A program made the translations under genes and the position numbers. A stretch of 64,000 bases of DNA from Histomonas meleagridis 2922-C6/04-290x. Taxonomy: Eukaryota; Protista; Parabasalia. How positions within the stretch are numbered: position 1 is the stretch's first letter; each line of letters starts with the position of its first letter. Positions 41,369 to 52,015 of the stretch are shown in pieces. Location of the stretch: the NCBI GenBank assembly GCA_020184695.1, contig JAANOX010000247.1:62001-126000 (forward strand), in the 5' to 3' direction. Below the pieces are notes generated by a model, which was given only the letters and a program-made list of their open reading frames with translations, was not told the DNA's origin and made no database searches.

Positions 41369-42358
41369 TTACCTCATTTTAATTGTCTGTATCTGTACAA
41401 TCAAATGCTCTTTTTCATTCTCTAGTTCCTGATCAGGATTGTTCTGCACCAATTCGTGGATATATTCGATTAACTTATCTGCATTTGCACGAAGTATCTT
41501 CAAAACTGTTTCCGGTTTATGTTCATATACAACAAATAGCTTAAACACATGAAAAGCTTCCAACGAAATGTTGTGGTATGATGACGACATCAGTTTCATG
41601 ATTTTGATGAGATTTTGCTCATTTGATAAATATGCATTTCTGAAGCTTTCATACTCAGAAATGATCTCCCCAATGAGCTTAAGGCTTTGGCGGCACGCTG
41701 CGTAATTTGTCTCATCAAGAGAGTTGTGAAGTCGATCAATTATATTTTGTGAATTGTTCTGTAAAAAATCTTTGGCTTGCGGCGCTTTTAATATAAGTTC
41801 CCGGAAAGTTGCAAATGAATCAGCTGAAACATCAAAATGTGAAACTGAAAAAAATGAAAATAATGTATCTAAGCTTTCCTTAGTTAGAAGTTGGGATGCA
41901 AGGACTTTATGCTTAACACATAAGCGAAGCATTTCGCCTGCACAAACAGCAAGTTCTGGATGTCGATAAAAGTCAATTAAAATTTGCAATGTTTTCGGAT
42001 TTTTTTGAATCCAGTCAACAAGAGGATATTCAGATCCTGTTTGTTGCGTGATTGACCCAGTAAATATGATTGTGAATTGTTTTCTTTCTTCAACAGGTAA
42101 TAATATCATACATTTTAATCCCAACGTTATAAATTTTGTGTGTGTAATTTCAACCACAAGCTGTAATGCGCGTGCGCTGGCTTCATCACCTTCCATCTTT
42201 TTATAGAGTATTTCAGTCATTCTTGAAAAATTTTTGTTGATAATTTTCAAAAGCTCAGTATTTCTTACTTCTGTTTGCTGCTGAGTTCGAAATTCTTTTA
42301 ATGCTGTAATTGCTTTCGAGACAATCACAGAAGGACGCATTTTCCTGAACAAATTCAT
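41369..42358 (-). CDS. MO25: Mo25/CAB39-like protein
   Basis: ELAVCAGEMLRLC, FDVSADSFATFRELI, NYAACRQSLKLIGEII, ISLEAFHVFKLFV. Confidence 0.93.
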   Translation of the reverse strand: MNLFRKMRPSVIVSKAITALKEFRTQQQTEVRNTELLKIINKNFSRMTEILYKKMEGDEASARALQLVVEITHTKFITLGLKCMILLPVEERKQFTIIFTGSITQQTGSEYPLVDWIQKNPKTLQILIDFYRHPELAVCAGEMLRLCVKHKVLASQLLTKESLDTLFSFFSVSHFDVSADSFATFRELILKAPQAKDFLQNNSQNIIDRLHNSLDETNYAACRQSLKLIGEIISEYESFRNAYLSNEQNLIKIMKLMSSSYHNISLEAFHVFKLFVVYEHKPETVLKILRANADKLIEYIHELVQNNPDQELENEKEHLIVQIQTIKMR

Positions 42359-43598
42359 GATTTAAGGTTAAAGACCGTTAATCAAGACACTTTTTGTAAT
42401 CAATGAACAAATCTTTACCAAACACGAAGCTATGAAATGATTGTGAAAAGGAACATTGCTTTAGCAATCATGCATAATCATGTTTTTGTTGTAGTTCTGA
42501 TATTGATTGAAATATCATGAAAAAATTTTGGAATTTTATAATCTCAAAAAACAATCAGGAAATTAGCCCAGTGTTTGTAAGTAACTAAGGATGGGCATTT
42601 TTATGATTGAAATGTGTAATGATTAATTTGGCAATAGATATTTGATTTTTCATTTAATATAATGAAACAAACATTATCAAAATGGTAGAAATTGGTTATG
42701 GTAGGGAAAGCAAAAGTTAAGAAAGTGTTAGCTGGAATAAAATAATTTTTTGCCAAGTCGAGGTTGTTTATTGTAAAAAATGCCACATTGTGTCAGATTG
42801 GAGAACAAGTTGAGCAGCACAAGCCGTCGTCGTAGGGCGATAGTGCAAAATGTTCCAGGATGGTGAGTACAATTTAAAGGGGTTCTAAAGAAGAGATCGA
42901 AGGCCTTCTACGTAACCCCTTTGTTATTTTCGCGCATTGAAGGTCTATTCCTGAGATGATAAAATAGCACACTTTGCACATCGTATCGGTTTTTTGTATG
43001 CACTCTCGATTTAAGACGATCAGTTTCAACAGAAATTGTTGTTTTAAAAAATACGATAAGTGTTCAACTTTCTTTTTAGCTTTTTTCATTATATGCGCGA
43101 ACGTTGTCTTACGTTAACACTCAATGATAAAAACCGGTAAATATTTGTGAATTCTTATTGATTGCTCTAAACCGCAAATGCATTGGTTGTACTTCTTTAT
43201 CACTTTCTTGACTAGGATTTCATGTATTGACTGATGATCCTGAAATATTTGTATATATAATGAAGTTTTTATTTGATATTTTTAAAGCCATTACTTCAAA
43301 ATGTTGAATCAAATCAGTATGATGAATTGAGGAACACCATCCAGTTAGCTTATCATGTCTGGAACATCTTCGTTCAATTTTGAGAGGATTACATTTGTTT
43401 CAATTGTCCACTATCACAATCTTTTTTTTTGTAATGATATTTGGTCGCAATCAATTCAAAAATTTATGCATAAATTTTGGGGCGGCTTTCGTTGTTTTGT
43501 TTAAATGACCGTTTAAAAATTCAGAAAAAATTTCATTTGCTTCAAATTATATTGAAAAAGTTTGTCAAAGGAAACATTAACAAAAGTAGTCATCCACT

Positions 43599-46500
43599 AT
43601 GCAACAAGAATGTGTATGCATTACAAAACTTAAATCTTCAACTATTACCTATAACGTGGATGCAATTACAGACAAAACAGTTGAAGAACTAAATAAAATG
43701 TTAATTAGTTCGGGTCAAAAAACAGAATCAGAGATCTTGTCGATTTCAACTCCAGAGTATCGAATGGGTCTTCCGATGAGTGCCAAACCTCTTGAATTAT
43801 TCCCACAACTTGTGAAAGATAAGAAGCCTAAGAAGTACGAACATCCTGATTACTTTATTGCAATAGCAGACAAAACGGAAAAAGATAAAGTCTTCTATTA
43901 TGTGGACGCAATTGTTCAAGAAGGGAGCGAAGTGCCTTATTGGGAACTCCAAATAATTCCACAAGATTTTGCAAATAAAACTGTTTCGGATTTACTCGAA
44001 TACATGAGTCAAAACTTCCCATATGATCATGATCAAGGAAGTGAATCATTATTATGTGATGGGAAAACAATTACCAATGGTTCTGCTCAAGATATTCTTG
44101 AAGATATGAAAAAGCATAGATATGCATTTAAATGCACTTTATCAGATTCAGCCATTAAGAAGTTGGGTCTGCGCAGCCAAATTGTTCAAGAAGTCATTTC
44201 AACAGAAAAAACATACATTGAAGGATTAAATGAACTGATTACATTTTGGAAGCCCAACTTAATTTCAGAGAAGATTTTAAACGAGGAAGAAGCCCTCTTT
44301 GTTTTCCGTGACTTTTCCAACATTGTTCCATGCCATGCAAATTTCCTAGCAGAAATAGAAAAAAGAGGCGATTCCATTACTGCAACTCTTTCTGATGTAT
44401 TTTTAGACTTCAGTGCTTTCTTCAAAGTCTCCAATCTTTACATTTCCAATTATGCAAATATCATTCAAATTATCCAACAAAAATGCAAAGATAACTCTGT
44501 CAATGAGAAACTTAAAAAGCTTCAATTTTCAACGCCAAGTAATTCCAATCGTGATATTTTTTCATATCTTATCACGCCAGTTCAAAGGATGCCTCGTTAC
44601 ATCCTTTTCATTCGTGAGCTTATCAAGCACACGCCAGATGGTCATCCAGACAAGCGTATGCTAGAATATGCAGCAGATCAAGTTCAACAAGTTACTCAAC
44701 AAATTGATGAGTCCACCCAAAAATCCGAAAGTATGGCAAAGTTAGTATCCATACGTAATAACCTTACCAACAAATACGATCTCATTATTCCAACTCGAAT
44801 TTATATTCGAGAAGCCAAAGTTAACGTTCTCAAGCCCGTTAACGGTCCCGGAATTTTTTATATGTTCAATGATATTCTTTTCTTAACAACAATTGAACGT
44901 AAAGGTGAAACATATATCTTTGATAAGAAAATCGAAGAGTTTCGATATTGGGATGGGATGCCAACTAATGATTGTATTACATTTATCTCTAAGCCAGTCT
45001 CTAAATCATTCTTTTCATCATCTAAGAAACAAGAAATTACAATATCATTTACAGATATGGGTGAGAAATCAGTGTTCTTAAGTAATGTTGAACAATATCA
45101 AATTAAAACACTAGAAAACAAAAATGCTAATGAAATATTCTTATTCCAAAATAATGCAATTAAGAATCCATTCCCTTCTGTATATCTAAATGATTTTGTG
45201 ATATGTAATCAAGTTGCTTATTCTTATGGTGGTAAAGTTAACGGTGCTCCTTCTTCCATTACAAGTATTTATAAGATATCAATGGGTACTTCTGCTAATA
45301 TTAATAATGGGGCACCCGGAGAACGTTTCGGTCATACGTTAACGGTCGTGGATAACAAAATTTATTTGTTCGGTGGATCAAATGGCAGTGAATATTTCAA
45401 TGATTTATGGTCGTTCGATACAACAACGAATAATAACCGTTGGGAAAAGGAAAACTGTGAAGACCCTCCTGAAGCTAGAGTAGGTCATACAGCTGTTTAT
45501 TATGATGGGAAACTATTTGTATTTGGTGGACGTAATAAGAAAAAAGGAGTACTTAATGATGTAGCTGTATATACATTTTCAAATGAAAGATGGACTACAC
45601 TTACGTTACCACAGACACCTAAAGGCAGATATTATCATTCTGCATCAGTATTTAGTTCAATAATGATTATCTTTGGTGGCAAAGAAAGAGGTCTTTTAAA
45701 TGATATTGCATTATTTGATCTATCAAAGCTTATGTGGCTTCCATCGCCAAAAGTTAACTTCGTTGACAAGAGCAAGACTGAGCTTACACCAAGATATGGC
45801 CATCGAGCGATATTTGTAGGTGGCTGGGTAATAATATTAGGCGGGCAAACCAACAAATCATCCACTCCAGTGCATCCAATAGCATTAAATGTATGTAACT
45901 ATTGGAAATCCAAGTTTTCCGAACCAATTGATGTATATCATTTCATCACAGGTGGTAACGATCCATCATCGTTGTTCCACTTCGGATATGCACATGAGTC
46001 AGGTTCGCATTTCCTTGTGTACGGCGGCCGTGACATAGAGACAAAGATTGGCACATGCTCATTATTCATTGTCGTGCCACCAGAGATCATCACATCTCAA
46101 ATCAGCGAAGAGTTTGAGAAGACAACGTCGCGCAAGGCAAAGACTGAAGCGCTCTCCACAATGATAAAGGAAATGCCAACAGTGTCAACGCAAGAAGCTC
46201 CGAACAAACCAGTCGCGCCCGCGCTCGCTAAGGCCATGGGCAAGAACTTGCGAAACACAAAGACAATGGGCTCGATCGGACCTGCACGAAAAGAACCAAT
46301 GCAACAAGCGAAGCCCAGTGAACAAGAGCAAGAGAAGGAAAAGGAGAAGGAGCAGCCGCAGACAATGCAACTCAAGCCAGCAGCTGCTACTACTACTACT
46401 ACTACTACTTCTCCGCCTGCATCGAATCAGCCAAAGGTAATCGCGCCACCTCCAAAGCCTGTCTTCTCACGAGCTTCGCCAGCGACGCAGGGACTGCCAA

Positions 46501-47261
46501 AGGCTGTGCTGGCAAAGACACAGCTACCGCAAAAGACAGAGCCAGCGCAGGCACCACAGCTAAAGAAGACAACACCAGCACCAGTAGTGCAAGCAAAGAC
46601 AACAGCGCCACCTGCAAAGCCAACACCAGCGCCAGCAGTACAGCCAAAGCCAGTGCCAGCAGCACAGCTACAGAAGACAACAGCGCCAGCTGCAAAGCCA
46701 GCACCAGTAGTGCAAGCAAAAACAACAGCGCCAGCTGCAAAGCCAGCGCCAGCAGTACAGCCAAAGCCAGTGCCAACAATGCAAGCAAAGACACCAGCGC
46801 CAGCAGCACAGCCAAAGCCTGCTCCAGCACCAGCGCCAGCGGCATCAGCGCAGCCAGCAGAGTACGACGAGGACGCTTTCATCAAGGAGCTCAATCTTGA
46901 CGTCTCGCGCGTGCTTGCTTTCCAGAAGAAGATACTCTCGCGCAACCTCAAGAAGCTGTACGACTTGGTACTTGCGAACGCAGATCTTGAGCGCCGTGTT
47001 AGCGAGTCCAAGGCGGCGAGCGACGGCGCTGATGTTGCGCTCCCCGACGTTTTTATTAAGGTGAAGGACAAGCGCACGAACAAGTGCCTGATATACAGCA
47101 CAGCGGAGGTGAAAACGTTTGCAGAACTCGAGGGTCAGGTGACGAAAGCACTCAGAAGGAAGCCGCGGCTGGCAGCGGGAAGTACGACAGTGACTGCGAG
47201 TAACTACAACACAATTGTCGGCGGTAACACAGAATTCCATATCACATTTAATGCATTCTAA
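43599..47261 (+). CDS. RhoGEF (DH-PH) plus Kelch repeats plus Pro/Ala/Lys-rich linker protein
   Basis: DH: RSQIVQEVISTEKTYIEGL...YLITPVQRMPRYILFIRELIKHTP. PH: YMFNDILFL. Kelch: RFGHTLTVVDNKIYLFGG, RVGHTAVYYDGKLFVFGG. Confidence 0.93.
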   Translation: MQQECVCITKLKSSTITYNVDAITDKTVEELNKMLISSGQKTESEILSISTPEYRMGLPMSAKPLELFPQLVKDKKPKKYEHPDYFIAIADKTEKDKVFYYVDAIVQEGSEVPYWELQIIPQDFANKTVSDLLEYMSQNFPYDHDQGSESLLCDGKTITNGSAQDILEDMKKHRYAFKCTLSDSAIKKLGLRSQIVQEVISTEKTYIEGLNELITFWKPNLISEKILNEEEALFVFRDFSNIVPCHANFLAEIEKRGDSITATLSDVFLDFSAFFKVSNLYISNYANIIQIIQQKCKDNSVNEKLKKLQFSTPSNSNRDIFSYLITPVQRMPRYILFIRELIKHTPDGHPDKRMLEYAADQVQQVTQQIDESTQKSESMAKLVSIRNNLTNKYDLIIPTRIYIREAKVNVLKPVNGPGIFYMFNDILFLTTIERKGETYIFDKKIEEFRYWDGMPTNDCITFISKPVSKSFFSSSKKQEITISFTDMGEKSVFLSNVEQYQIKTLENKNANEIFLFQNNAIKNPFPSVYLNDFVICNQVAYSYGGKVNGAPSSITSIYKISMGTSANINNGAPGERFGHTLTVVDNKIYLFGGSNGSEYFNDLWSFDTTTNNNRWEKENCEDPPEARVGHTAVYYDGKLFVFGGRNKKKGVLNDVAVYTFSNERWTTLTLPQTPKGRYYHSASVFSSIMIIFGGKERGLLNDIALFDLSKLMWLPSPKVNFVDKSKTELTPRYGHRAIFVGGWVIILGGQTNKSSTPVHPIALNVCNYWKSKFSEPIDVYHFITGGNDPSSLFHFGYAHESGSHFLVYGGRDIETKIGTCSLFIVVPPEIITSQISEEFEKTTSRKAKTEALSTMIKEMPTVSTQEAPNKPVAPALAKAMGKNLRNTKTMGSIGPARKEPMQQAKPSEQEQEKEKEKEQPQTMQLKPAAATTTTTTTSPPASNQPKVIAPPPKPVFSRASPATQGLPKAVLAKTQLPQKTEPAQAPQLKKTTPAPVVQAKTTAPPAKPTPAPAVQPKPVPAAQLQKTTAPAAKPAPVVQAKTTAPAAKPAPAVQPKPVPTMQAKTPAPAAQPKPAPAPAPAASAQPAEYDEDAFIKELNLDVSRVLAFQKKILSRNLKKLYDLVLANADLERRVSESKAASDGADVALPDVFIKVKDKRTNKCLIYSTAEVKTFAELEGQVTKALRRKPRLAAGSTTVTASNYNTIVGGNTEFHITFNAF
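46570..46860 (+). repeat. Coding Pro/Ala-rich repeats (APVVQAKTTAPxAKP, PAVQPKPVP)
   Basis: Duplicated ccagcaccagtagtgcaagcaaa and gcgccagcagtacagccaaagccagtgcca blocks. Confidence 0.85.
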
Positions 47262-47749
47262 ACAGTAATTTTTGATTCTGATAACTCGTGAAATGTCTTA
47301 AGATTTAAGTGCGAATCGTTTGCATTTTTGTGGTTCACAAGCCAAAGGCAGATTGCGGTGGCTGTGACGGGATTTGCTGAAGGATGTGTTGCTTGTGTCC
47401 ATCAAAGGCGTGTGCTGCTGCTTGGTGATTAATTCAGCTTTGTATAGAACCCATTTGGCATATTATAATATTTTTTATATCATTAATCCTTCATCTATAG
47501 CACAAGAAAGTAATAACAACTAAACTATTATAATTTCAGGTTGTGTATCTATTGCCATCATTATTGTCATAACACTTGTTATTCTCAACCATATCAACCA
47601 TATCAAATATTGAAGTTGATCCATTTGCAAATGGTTTTAAAGAAGAAAATTTTAAAACAAATATGGCAAAAGAAACATTTACTCAATAAAAACTATTTTA
47701 TAATTTTTTTTCATTTCAAAAATATATAAATCCACAAATTGAAAAACAT

Positions 47750-50077
47750 TTACTTAAGACAGCTCATCAAAAACTCAATGTTCTTTGTTGGTCTTGACAC
47801 AAACTTAACGTACTCTGTCAGGTGGGGGTCCGATACATAAAAAGTGACAAATTCTTTCTCTCCTTTGTCGTTTTCTGTGATTATCCACAAATAATCATCT
47901 TCTGTGGTACAAACGACACCTTCTTTGTCTTCTACTAACACTCCATCACCTTGTAAGAATGGGGTTTCATTCATTGATGAAATTAATGGATTTGATATTA
48001 TTTCAAGTTGACTCGTTACAAATTTCAACCCATCACATCTAATGTCATAGCTCCTTCTTAAAAGGTGCATCTTTTCTTTTTGGAATGGAACAATTTCACC
48101 ATTAATTTCGGCAAATGCTTCGCCATCAATAAATCCGATAATGGTTGCATATCCATCCTGAGAAACGCACAAGTCGCCTGGCAAACAATCAGCTGCCTTT
48201 GAGCAAGAGATACTTACATCATAACTTTTCTCTTTAACGGTTCTCTTTACTCCAGGCATAACCGTTGTCAAAACCGTCAACTCATTTAACGGCGCCAAAA
48301 CGGGCTCGCTATCGAACTCCTCCGATAAGAAAACCGCCGAATCGCCCACAAACGATAGGACGACACCTTTTTTATCGTTATATAAAACAGTGTCATAACA
48401 ATACACATTATTTTTTGAGATAATTTCCAATATATCTTTTTGACTAAAGAATTGGTAACCATTAAAAAGTGTTTTTCCGATTAAAAGAGGTCCGAATTTA
48501 GCCATTATTTCGACAGGCATATTTAAGTTGGCATAAAAAGGAGCATCGATTAGTTGCGCTGGATAAAGAACGTTTTGTATTTCGATCATTTTCACGTTTC
48601 TCTTTGTTTTAGTTAGTTTATACTTTGTAAATATTTCGAATATATTTAATTCATCTGATAAAACATGATTCGGGTCATCCCTTAAAGCTAATGAATTATT
48701 AGCAACACCGAGTACTTCGTATTCTTTACCTGCTTTATCGACAACGACTTCGCCCGTATCTAATCCGAATGCTTGAAGCGCGTCGCCGCCATCGGGCATA
48801 ACTTTGCTTTCGCATTTGACTCCAATGTAATTTTTCCGTGTCAAAAATGTCAAACTTGTTTCTCGTATTTGTTTTATTGTTTTGTCTTTTTCAAACAAAA
48901 CAATACATTTAGAAGAGTCCTTTCCGATATATATACATTCATCTTTTTTCTCATATAATAATAAATCACCAGGTAAATGATTAGAGACAAATGAAAATAA
49001 TGGAGATCGAGTAAGCTTGATGTTGCCCCATGTAATCTCGCGTTCATTTGTCGTAGTTTGGATTATACCCATCGCTAACATTCCTGGATGTAATAATGGC
49101 GGAGAATTCACTAAGACTATGGAATGAAAACATCCACAGCGAACAAAAACTGCTTTCCCTTCAATAAGATTCGATTTCGTAGGTATTAACTTGTCACTAG
49201 TCTCATCACAAAGTAAGCGGCCATCTTCATCAGAAGCACCACATGAATAAACTGAGCCATCAGATGATATAAAGATGGTGTGCGCATCCCCCATGTCGAT
49301 TTCTGTGATCTTAACATTACGTAAAGCTTCAACTACTTTGAATTCGTTAAGTTTCTGAATAGTTCCATGACCTGTACGACCTGATCCACCTGCGCCATAC
49401 GTCATTGTTAACCCATCAGTCGTTATAATCGCTGCGTGGTCATTGTATGCAAAGACACGGAGAACATGGACGCCGTTTAAACTTTTGATGGGTGTAAATT
49501 CATCATCAGTTTTGACAATACTACCAATTCCATATGCTACGCCATCAACAGTGACTGCAAGTGCAAAGCCTGAGCCACCCGCGACGTCATAGGCTGGTGA
49601 CGGTAATACATATTTGGTGGTCTCTCCATCATCTCGGATTTTATAAACAATGCCTTTGTTGTCGATGGCATAACTACATGAAACACTAGATGAAACATAG
49701 ATCCCGGGATTATCTAATATGATTTTTCGTGGTTTACCATTGATACATCGGGAATTAGTAATGTAAACATCTCCATTTTGAGCTAAAAAAGTGGTGCACT
49801 TGTCCCCACAATGTGCCCAAGAAAGTGGTATATCTGCAAAGTTATCAATTATAGTTGGATGAATATCATCTTTCCTTTTTGATAAGCCGAATTGAAAATC
49901 ACTGTTGTCACCCCATCCAATGGCTGTTCCATTATTATATATTACGACATTATGCCTCCATCCAACAGCTAGACATTTAATGTCATTAAAATTCATATCT
50001 ACGGGTGGTAATGGTTTTTTAGAATTATCATTTCTCCCGAGCCTATAAGAAGAATTTGCACCTGCTGATAGAAGCAT
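47750..50077 (-). CDS. RCC1/BLIP-II repeat protein with uncharacterised C-terminal region
   Basis: LAVGWRHNVV, VAGGSGFALAV, GAGGSGRTGHG, IDMGDAHTIF, VRCGCFHSIV. The likely ATG is 50077 (MLLSAGANS); the ORF extends to 50146. Confidence 0.88.
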   Translation of the reverse strand: MLLSAGANSSYRLGRNDNSKKPLPPVDMNFNDIKCLAVGWRHNVVIYNNGTAIGWGDNSDFQFGLSKRKDDIHPTIIDNFADIPLSWAHCGDKCTTFLAQNGDVYITNSRCINGKPRKIILDNPGIYVSSSVSCSYAIDNKGIVYKIRDDGETTKYVLPSPAYDVAGGSGFALAVTVDGVAYGIGSIVKTDDEFTPIKSLNGVHVLRVFAYNDHAAIITTDGLTMTYGAGGSGRTGHGTIQKLNEFKVVEALRNVKITEIDMGDAHTIFISSDGSVYSCGASDEDGRLLCDETSDKLIPTKSNLIEGKAVFVRCGCFHSIVLVNSPPLLHPGMLAMGIIQTTTNEREITWGNIKLTRSPLFSFVSNHLPGDLLLYEKKDECIYIGKDSSKCIVLFEKDKTIKQIRETSLTFLTRKNYIGVKCESKVMPDGGDALQAFGLDTGEVVVDKAGKEYEVLGVANNSLALRDDPNHVLSDELNIFEIFTKYKLTKTKRNVKMIEIQNVLYPAQLIDAPFYANLNMPVEIMAKFGPLLIGKTLFNGYQFFSQKDILEIISKNNVYCYDTVLYNDKKGVVLSFVGDSAVFLSEEFDSEPVLAPLNELTVLTTVMPGVKRTVKEKSYDVSISCSKAADCLPGDLCVSQDGYATIIGFIDGEAFAEINGEIVPFQKEKMHLLRRSYDIRCDGLKFVTSQLEIISNPLISSMNETPFLQGDGVLVEDKEGVVCTTEDDYLWIITENDKGEKEFVTFYVSDPHLTEYVKFVSRPTKNIEFLMSCLK

Positions 50078-50213
50078 AAAAAAATGGCAAAACCGCGATA
50101 TGGGGTGGCCTGTATAAATGTTCGGACAAAGTTTATCAGTTTTCATTCCCCAAAAAATAAAGTAATCGAATTTAGAAAAAAACGTTAAATTATCAGCACT
50201 TTTCGATAATCAC

Positions 50214-51344
50214 ATGGATCAATATGAAAATGAATCAGAATCAGAAATTGAATTTGAAGATGATTTTATTGATGACTCTTATTCAGATAGCTTCCAATTT
50301 GGTAGCTTAGAAGAGAATGACTTAGAAGATAATGCTTATGACAAAACAATACCAAAGAAAAAAATTATAGGGCCCCCTCTGAACTTAACAAATCAGCCAA
50401 AGACAGAAACAAATCAACTATACTCAGTGTTATTTCACATTTTAAATGATTGTCAGATGTTAATTTCAAGAAATAGGTCCTCTCTTCCATTTTCAATTTC
50501 TGCTGAAATTGAAAACTTAAAAGATTCAAATATTTATTTCAGCGATGGTAAGATTAAGCATAAAAAGTTTAATGATGATATGGATTGTAGCAATCTCAAA
50601 AAAGCATCTGATGTTCAATCACTTCTTAAGTACATCAATTTCGTTTATGATATAGTTCAAAAATCACTTCCTCCTATTGTTCAATCAGCCAGCAAACTTC
50701 TTAAAGATCCATTAGTACGTCAACATAAAACACTTGCTAAAATCAAGCAACGAATCAATGAACTCCAAAAAGAAAACAAAGAACTATCTGTTCAAACACG
50801 ACATACAGCAAATCGTCTTGTTCAAATGTCATCTCCCGATTCACCCAAAACCACTAGTTATAGCACAGGTAAATCTGATGTTATGGTACAACAACAACGC
50901 CTTAAACACGCATTAGCGCGCGTCGACAGCCTAAAAGAACAAAACGAATCAACCGCCGCATCAAATTCAGAACTAAAGGATCAACTTTTGATAGAAACCG
51001 AAAGAAAACGTTCGGGAAATTCATCGCCAAAAATCCCTCAAAATATTGCACTTTTGCAAAAGAAAATTGCTGAAATTACAGCAAATTTGGATCAAGGCGA
51101 AGAAGAAAATGAAACAGCAATGGCACAAAGAAGAGTTTCCCTTTCAAGGATGAATAAATCAACAAAAAAATTAATGGAAGAAATTAACATATTGGAAGAA
51201 AAGTTGGCAGAAACTGAAAATAAAATTAGAATAATGACACAAGGAAAAGCTGTAAAGGAGAAAAAAGTAGTTCAGCAACAGCAACAAATAAAACAAACAA
51301 AAGGATCAAAGATTCCCGTTCAAAGGCATTCACCAATTAAATAA
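50214..51344 (+). CDS. Hypothetical protein with acidic N-terminus and coiled coils
   Basis: 376-aa ORF with heptad-rich C-terminal half. Confidence 0.8.
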   Translation: MDQYENESESEIEFEDDFIDDSYSDSFQFGSLEENDLEDNAYDKTIPKKKIIGPPLNLTNQPKTETNQLYSVLFHILNDCQMLISRNRSSLPFSISAEIENLKDSNIYFSDGKIKHKKFNDDMDCSNLKKASDVQSLLKYINFVYDIVQKSLPPIVQSASKLLKDPLVRQHKTLAKIKQRINELQKENKELSVQTRHTANRLVQMSSPDSPKTTSYSTGKSDVMVQQQRLKHALARVDSLKEQNESTAASNSELKDQLLIETERKRSGNSSPKIPQNIALLQKKIAEITANLDQGEEENETAMAQRRVSLSRMNKSTKKLMEEINILEEKLAETENKIRIMTQGKAVKEKKVVQQQQQIKQTKGSKIPVQRHSPIK

Positions 51345-51421
51345 ATTTATTTTATTTTAAAAAATAAAAATTGTATTTGTTTTAATCGTTTTAGTAGTCA
51401 AATATCCGTATCGTCCAAAAA

Positions 51422-51986
51422 ATGAGTTTGCAAAGGTTAGTCATTGCATTTGTAAATTGATGATTTCATCAAAGATGACACCAAAGAGGAGCTATTGGAA
51501 TTCGTGGGCTTGGAAGGCTTTTTAGAATTGCTGATGATAATAATGGCGATAAATCAATCGATCTTCACAACGAAAAACTAAAATTACTGAGCGGAATTGG
51601 TGCTTGATATAACTGAAATTAACGAACTTTCATTTATACTGATTCGTTGGTAGAAATGGAAAATTTCGTCTGACGAACTTCTTTATTATTTTGTTCCAAT
51701 GGTGCTACTCGAATCGGGTGGGTAAAGGAAGCTTTTAGCTCTCTTGATAAGAATGGAAATTGTTGAAAATCTCAAACTTCTCCATCTCGATCAACAACTA
51801 AAATCACGTCAAGAGGCTGGGAGTTCTCATGCAGAAGTTATTTTCGACAATCTTGTTAAACGTTTGATAAATATGGTAATAAGGAAATAATGTTGCAAGA
51901 ATTCCTTGATTACTATCATGAAATCATTCCAAACATTGACCACGATAAAACATTTGTTATGTTAATCAAAAATGGGGGCTTGACTA
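51422..51986 (+). pseudogene. Calcyphosin-like EF-hand pseudogene
   Basis: Frame-hopping translation gives RGAIGIRGLGRLFRIADDNNGDKSIDLHNE, TEINELS, ISSDELLYYF, TRIGWVKEAFSSLDKNG, VIFDNLVK-FDKYGNKEI-LQEFLDYYHEIIPNIDHDKTFVMLIKN, with several stops and frameshifts. Confidence 0.8.
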
Positions 51987-52015
51987 AAAAAAAATTAATA
52001 CTAATTATAGATAAT

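Noticed and set aside
46405-47240. Long antisense ORFs opposite the RhoGEF tail, and those opposite coronin (11109-12379)
   Set aside because: These are expected shadows of GC-rich or biased codon usage and repeats.
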